From positions 15,031,020-15,087,447 of the forward strand of contig NC_069001.1 in assembly GCF_001194135.2 (NCBI RefSeq): 56,428 nucleotides of DNA, written 5' to 3'. How positions within the stretch are numbered: position 1 is the first letter of the stretch; the number at the start of each line of letters is the position of its first letter. A program made the translations under genes and the position numbers. This DNA is from Octopus bimaculoides. Lineage: Eukaryota. The notes below the pieces were generated by a model. The model saw only the letters and a list, made by a program, of their open reading frames with translations. It made no database searches and was not told where the DNA came from. This document shows, piece after piece, positions 50,644 to 56,428 of this stretch.

Positions 50644-52930
50644 GTAACTAGATCTTCCGTTAATGGTTCTGGGCGAATTTGGGGTTGGGTGGAGGTTTGT
50701 ATTTTTGGGTGTAAATAAGAAAAGCGGGTAGATGGACGGGTAGATGAATGGGTGGGATCTTTTGTTCAGGTGTGTGGAAGATATTGGCATGAATATGAAT
50801 ATATCGTTAGAGGATTTTTTTTTTACCATACCTTCATAGCATTTCAGGTACCTGACATTAATATATATAACCGTTACAGTTTAGTGGAGTTGCTACTTGC
50901 ATCTCATATAGAGATTTTAGAAGTGGCTACTTTGCTGGATATAAGATCAGCGGCTTTGTCGCATATTTATTTATATATTGCAAACCGAGACGAATGACTA
51001 CAGTGTCTAGCAGACAGGTATAACCAGTACCGACAAAGAAGTGTTATACCCAGAAACTAGCTAGTCTATTGGTTCCTGTCACCGCTAAATGGGAGTTGTT
51101 CGCTCCCTTGTTTGAAATATAACGGACACAGATAGTGTTTTGTTAACCAGCTGGAAGAGATGTCTTCCTGAGGTTAAAAAGAATAGTAACAGTGAGATAG
51201 TAACGACCGTTACTTTTCAGTAGAGTTACTACTTGAATATCATATATATCTATAAATATTATATATTATATTATATGCATAGGTATGTATTTTACCGTCT
51301 CCTTTATATTATGTGTACGCGTTTGTGTGTGGTTGCGCTTATATCTACGTACATGTACGTGTATATATATATANNNNNNNNNNNNNNNNNNNNNNNNNNN
51401 NNNNNNNNNNNNNNNNNNNNNNNNNNNNNNNNNNNNNNNNNNNNNNNNNNNNNNNNNNNNNNNNNNNNNNNNNNNNNNNNNNNNNNNNNNNNNNNNNNNN
51501 NNNNNNNNNNNNNNNNNNNNNNNNNNNNNNNNNNNNNNNNNNNNNNNNNNNNNNNNNNNNNNNNNNNNNNNNNNNNNNNNNNNNNNNNNNNNNNNNNNNN
51601 NNNNNNNNNNNNNNNNNNNNNNNNNNNNNNNNNNNNNNNNNNNNNNNNNNNNNNNNNNNNNNNNNNNNNNNNNNNNNNNNNNNNNNNNNNNNNNNNNNNN
51701 NNNNNATATATAATTAGAGGTTAAAATAGAGATTTAAATATCCAATGGATTACTGGTTCATTACCTATTATTTTTTTTTGGTGGGGGTGGTGGAATAGTG
51801 ATATTCATAAAATAATAGGTTTAAGTATAAATCTTGGTTTATAAATATTCAAATTAATATTCAGAAAATAGAGATGTAGCATTAATATAATTTACTAACT
51901 GCAAAATCCAACATATTCTCTTACAGCTGTTTCAGTTTTGCCCAAAGATTAAATTTCAATAATTAAATCATTGTTTTGGGCAAAATCTCATCTGCTACAT
52001 CTCCATTTTCTGAATTTTAATTTGAATATATATACATACATATACTCGTATATATATAACATACATAGATATTTACCTATGTATACACACACTCACACAT
52101 TTGCACAAACAAAGACACACGTATATATTATGTATTATATTATATTAGCCATCCATACATATTCAAATATATATAATTTTCCAAAAAGAAAAAAAAGAAA
52201 AAAAAGAAAAACGTTTTCAATACACGATGTAAATTAATTGTTATTTAAACTGGTTTCGTTTTCTCGCAATTCCGATCTCTTCTCCATTTCCTTCTCTGAT
52301 CCGAGATATACTGAAGCTAGTTTATACATTTATTCTGTTTTTCAATCGTTTATAATTGATGCCGTTTGATTTGCTAATTCGTCGATTGGTTTGATCTTCG
52401 TTGGTTGATTCCATTGTTGGATTATTGTATATCGTTTACCTTCTGGTAAACTTTCCCCCCTAAAATCATTTATTTGTACATCAATTCCAATCGTTCGCCT
52501 CTGTAAATGTTGTGTCTGTTACTTCTCAAAACAGAATGCGATGACCCAATCGACAACGACTTTTGAAATGGCCAAGGGGAAACAATATTCTATTCAACGA
52601 TATTCTATTTTACACTTAATAATACACACAAAAACATACGTACATACACACATGTACATTTATATACATCTGTGCAAACACACATGCACACACGCACACA
52701 CGCCTGCACGCATATATATAAATACACACATAGACACTTTTACGCCATTTTGAATTATCTGATCTCAGATGTATTTTAGTGAGGCAAAACTCAAATCATT
52801 TTTATAAAGTGTTTTTCTTTCATTTGAGCCTCGTTTTTCACTGTACAAATTTGCTTACAATCATTCCACCGCATGCTAACATCATTCTATAACTTATCAA
52901 CCCTCCCCTCTGTCTCTTTCTCCCACTTCC

Positions 52931-52977
<47 letters not shown>

Positions 52978-53241
52978 CTCTCTTTCTCTCTGCTTCATTC
53001 TCTCATTCTCTTTCTCCCTCTTTCTTTCTCTCTCTCTGTCTCCCCCTTTCTTTCTCGGCATGTTTGAGTCTCATTTTTTTGATCATTCAGATCGCGGTTC
53101 TATCTTCCATTTCCCCTTTCTAGTCGGGCGGTGGGAAATTATGAAGTTCAGAATAACAAAGCTCAGAAGAACGCCTTTATTTGATTCAAGCAACTATCTG
53201 ATAGGTAAAGTTAAATGATGTTATACTGTAAGAACTTGAGA

Positions 53242-53490
53242 GGGCTGAGCTGGTACAAAGTTTAGCACGCCGGACAAAATGCCTTGCGACATTTCTTCTG
53301 GTTCCACTGAGGCTGACTTTACCGTTCATCCGATTGGGCAAAACAATTACCGATTGTAATGTTAGATAAATAAACTGTTATTAATGAAATGACTTTACTG
53401 TTCATCCAAGGTACCAGTTGAGCACTGGGGTCCATGTAATCGAATGACTCACTCTCCCCAAATTTCAGGCTTTGCGCCATAGGAGAAAGG
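53242..53490 (+). mobile_element. SINE family B, rearranged
   Basis: gagctggtacaaagtttagcacgccggacaaaatg...gtaccagttgagcactggggtccatgtaatcg. Confidence 0.7.
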
Positions 53491-53530
53491 ATTATGACGG
53501 AAGCGAGTGTTTTACTGATGTAAAAAAAAA

Positions 53531-53838
53531 CCATTCGGCCATGAATGACCATGGGATTGCACCTAGAAAGTCTTCTTCCGAGGCACAAGTCCGGGCAAGG
53601 TTGTTTATGGAAGACCAGCAGTCACCCATGCATACCAGCCCCCCCTTCTCCACGCCACCGATGGAAAGGCAAAGGCCGATACAGCTTATCACCAGTGATG
53701 TAGCAACTCATTTCTACAGCTGAGTGAACTGGAGCAACATGAAATAATATCTTACTCAAGAACGCAGCCTGGTCTGTGAATCGAACTCACTACCTCATAA
53801 TTAATGAGTCCGACGCTCTAACCACTGAGCCATGCACC
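53531..53838 (-). mobile_element. SINE family C, CRE-type tail (CRE mutated)
   Basis: Reverse complement of 40661-40965 over ~300 nt. Confidence 0.9.
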
Positions 53839-54659
53839 TTCACACCCTGATGTAGATTTAGACATTTGCCAGGAGTACGTTGTGTACAATCTCGAATCCT
53901 ACCGATAGGCAAGATTCTTATTTCAATTTTTCGATACCTCCGTATATCACTGGTATTATTTTATTGTCAAGAACCCGAAATTTTAGATTTTGACTAAAAC
54001 TCAAACGTTAGGCCGCGAAATTGGTTTATATTACCGTAGGTAATTACTGGTATTGCTGTTATTGTTATATTCGTTGTTGTCGTTGTTGTTTAGTATATAT
54101 ACATACTCACGCATACAACCACACATACCTACCTACCTACCTACATACATACATACATACATACATATACTCGAATATTCATGCTTATTTGGGACAAATA
54201 GTTAACAATATCCGATGCTTTGATTCTAATAATTACATACTTTGCAATTCATTTTCAAATATATTTTTGCTACCCAGAAACTTTGACAACATTATGCGTG
54301 GTTATAATAAACGCCTTTTTCTATGTTTTATATATGTATATGAGTGCATATAGATCTGTATGTGTGTGCACATGTGTGTACATGTGTTTGTTTGTGTGTG
54401 CCTGTGTTTATATTAGCTGTGTATTCAAACAGTGAAATAAACAGTTGTTTATTCAAACAAATATTCAGCGGTATTTATGTGTCTGAATGATGTCCCTTTA
54501 CAACAATGTTCACTTGGCGTTTTGTATCTTTGGAAAACGATAAAATAATGCTACACTCAGTAATACCGACTTAGGTCGACTGAAGCCCCGTAAAACCCCA
54601 ACTTTCTTCTGCAAAGTGTTCTTCATAAATGAGAACCACAATTGCTTGTCACTGCTCAG

Positions 54660-54805
54660 GCTGGTGTGATGGGAGAATTGGTAGAGCATTGAATGAAATC
54701 TCTTGTGCTATTTATTGTTTCTGTCCTTTTGCATTTCGAGTTCAAATCTAGTCGAGTTACAGTTTTGCCTTTCATCGCTTCATAGATGTCAATAAAACAA
54801 AGTAT
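54660..54805 (+). mobile_element. SINE family B-like, highly decayed
   Basis: gagttcaaatc...ttttgcctttcatc. Confidence 0.45.
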
Positions 54806-55122
54806 ATATATATATATATAATAAAATTGGAAATCATTTTGTAAAATATATTCTCCATTACATGTGTTTCATTTGCTAATAGGAATTACAAAGTTTTACA
54901 TGTTATATAGTCATTTAAGGAATTTTCTATTAGAAATTCTTCGGACAGAGAAAAAGTATAATACAAATTTAATATTTTGGATGAAGCATTTATATTCAGA
55001 TAGTAATCAGGAGTAGCAAAGCCAGCCTCGGTGTGATTGTGTAATTTACTCTAACTACTTATGTGTGTATATATATATATATNNNNNNNNNNNNNNNNNN
55101 NNNNNNNNNNNNNNNNNNNNNN

Positions 55123-55183
<61 letters not shown>

Positions 55184-55606
55184 GTGTGTGTATTTATGCA
55201 TGTATGTATGTAGGTATGTATTGCATACATATATATATATACACACACACACACATATATCTGTGTGTGTGTAAGTAGAAAACCCGCCTAATGAGTCTAT
55301 ATGAATCGGAGAAGAGCTTTATCCTTTTTTCATATACATACATACATACATACATACATACATAATCGACAGTCATCATCATCTCTCTGTCTCCCACTGA
55401 AACTTGAAATTTTGTGTCTATTTTAAAATAAATTGCTATCCTTATTATTCTTATTGTTATTATTATTTCATATTGTTATTGATTCACAGTCGGGAGATAT
55501 TATTATTATTTTTATTATTATTGCCCTCATCATCATCGTTGTCTTCGTTCTTGTTCTTGTTTTTGCTGCTAATGTTTTTTTTTGTTATTAATATCGTCCT
55601 TTCTAG

Positions 55607-55785
55607 AATACAACCAGATTCTGACAAAATCATCTTCTGCAATGGTCTCGTATTGCATCGGTTACAATGTCTACACATGTTTGGAGACTGGATCAACTCA
55701 ATTATTGAATTCGGAATGTCCCTGCATCGCATGACCCTTGACATCTCATCTCTAGCATGTATGGCAGCTTTATCAATGATAACAC
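55607..55785 (+). CDS. NR4A: NR4A ligand-binding domain exon (beta-turn to helix 8), 179 nt
   Basis: cctttctag|A ATA...ACA C|gtgagt. Translates IQPDSDKIIFCNGLVLHRLQCLHMFGDWINSIIEFGMSLHRMTLDISSLACMAALSMIT. Confidence 0.97.
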
Positions 55786-55854
55786 GTGAGTAACCCTTAA
55801 TCTTTCTCTTAACAAGTGACCCTTTTCTACCATAACTGTAAGACAACCCTAATT

Positions 55855-56095
55855 CCTCCCAACCGTAACCCTAACTTTAACCCTTAACTCTGAGACCCTA
55901 CCTGAAAACCTTTAGCACAACTTTAACCTTAACCTTTAACACTGAAACCCTAACGCTAACCTTAACCCTTAACTTCGAAACCCTAACACTAACCTCAACT
56001 CTTTCTACAACTTAACACCGTGGCCCTAACTCTAGTCTTAACCCTATCTACAACTCTACGCCGTGGCCCTAACACTAACTTTAGCCCTAATTAAG
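55855..56095. repeat. Degenerate (CCCTAA)-like hexamer tract
   Basis: aaccctaac, aaccttaac, gccctaac and aaccctat variants. Confidence 0.7.
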
Positions 56096-56268
56096 ATCAT
56101 GGACAACTCAACGCAAACGCTAGCAGTAATACTAATCCTAACTACAATTTCCAACGCTTTATCGTTACTAATATATGAGTGGTGCTAGGATGTCGTCCGC
56201 CTGGAGCAAAGAATATAACAAATAAAGTATGCAGCGCATGTCCCCATGCTACTGCCAACTACTACTAT

Positions 56269-56322
<54 letters not shown>

Positions 56323-56428
56323 GACTACGACTACTACCTAATTTATCTATCTATCTATCTATCTACGACGTTCGGGCCGGGGCCTATGGATAATTTCCAG
56401 AGATCCCTGGCTTGGCAATGCTATCGAG

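Noticed and set aside
55305-55330. tcggagaagagctttatcctttttt, resembling a deleted hammerhead-family copy
   Set aside because: Lacks the GCTCGAAACGT half and the downstream conserved tail; similarity too short to support.
55855-56428. Possibility that the window end is a true chromosome end
   Set aside because: The hexamers are heavily degenerate, unique sequence follows, and the NR4A terminal exon must still lie downstream.

Overview
Eukaryotic (animal) genomic DNA. About 9 kb (~16%) is N-gap and much of the rest is microsatellite and tRNA-derived SINE. This repeat landscape looks like an octopus/coleoid cephalopod draft assembly (inference). The one supported protein-coding gene is a + strand NR4A-family orphan nuclear receptor (Nurr1/Nur77/HR38 orthologue). 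Visible exons: A/B domain (16836-17680), second zinc finger (44249-44378), T/A-box and hinge (45375-45535), and two ligand-binding-domain exons (50441-50643, 55607-55785). All have canonical splice sites and the last four join in frame. The first-zinc-finger exon is required by frame but is not in the called bases; the best candidate location is the N-gap at 37403-37527. The last LBD exon lies beyond the window. The introns and upstream region hold at least three SINE families, including closely spaced inverted pairs and copies carrying a perfect CRE. The most unusual signal is a small dispersed repeat carrying a minimal type-I hammerhead ribozyme motif of the Penelope-like-element kind: one near-consensus copy sits inside a 200-bp inverted repeat at 7317-7519, with degenerate copies at 10851 and 40568 and an unrelated relic at 48931. 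Nearly all other ORF-track entries are microsatellite or N artefacts.
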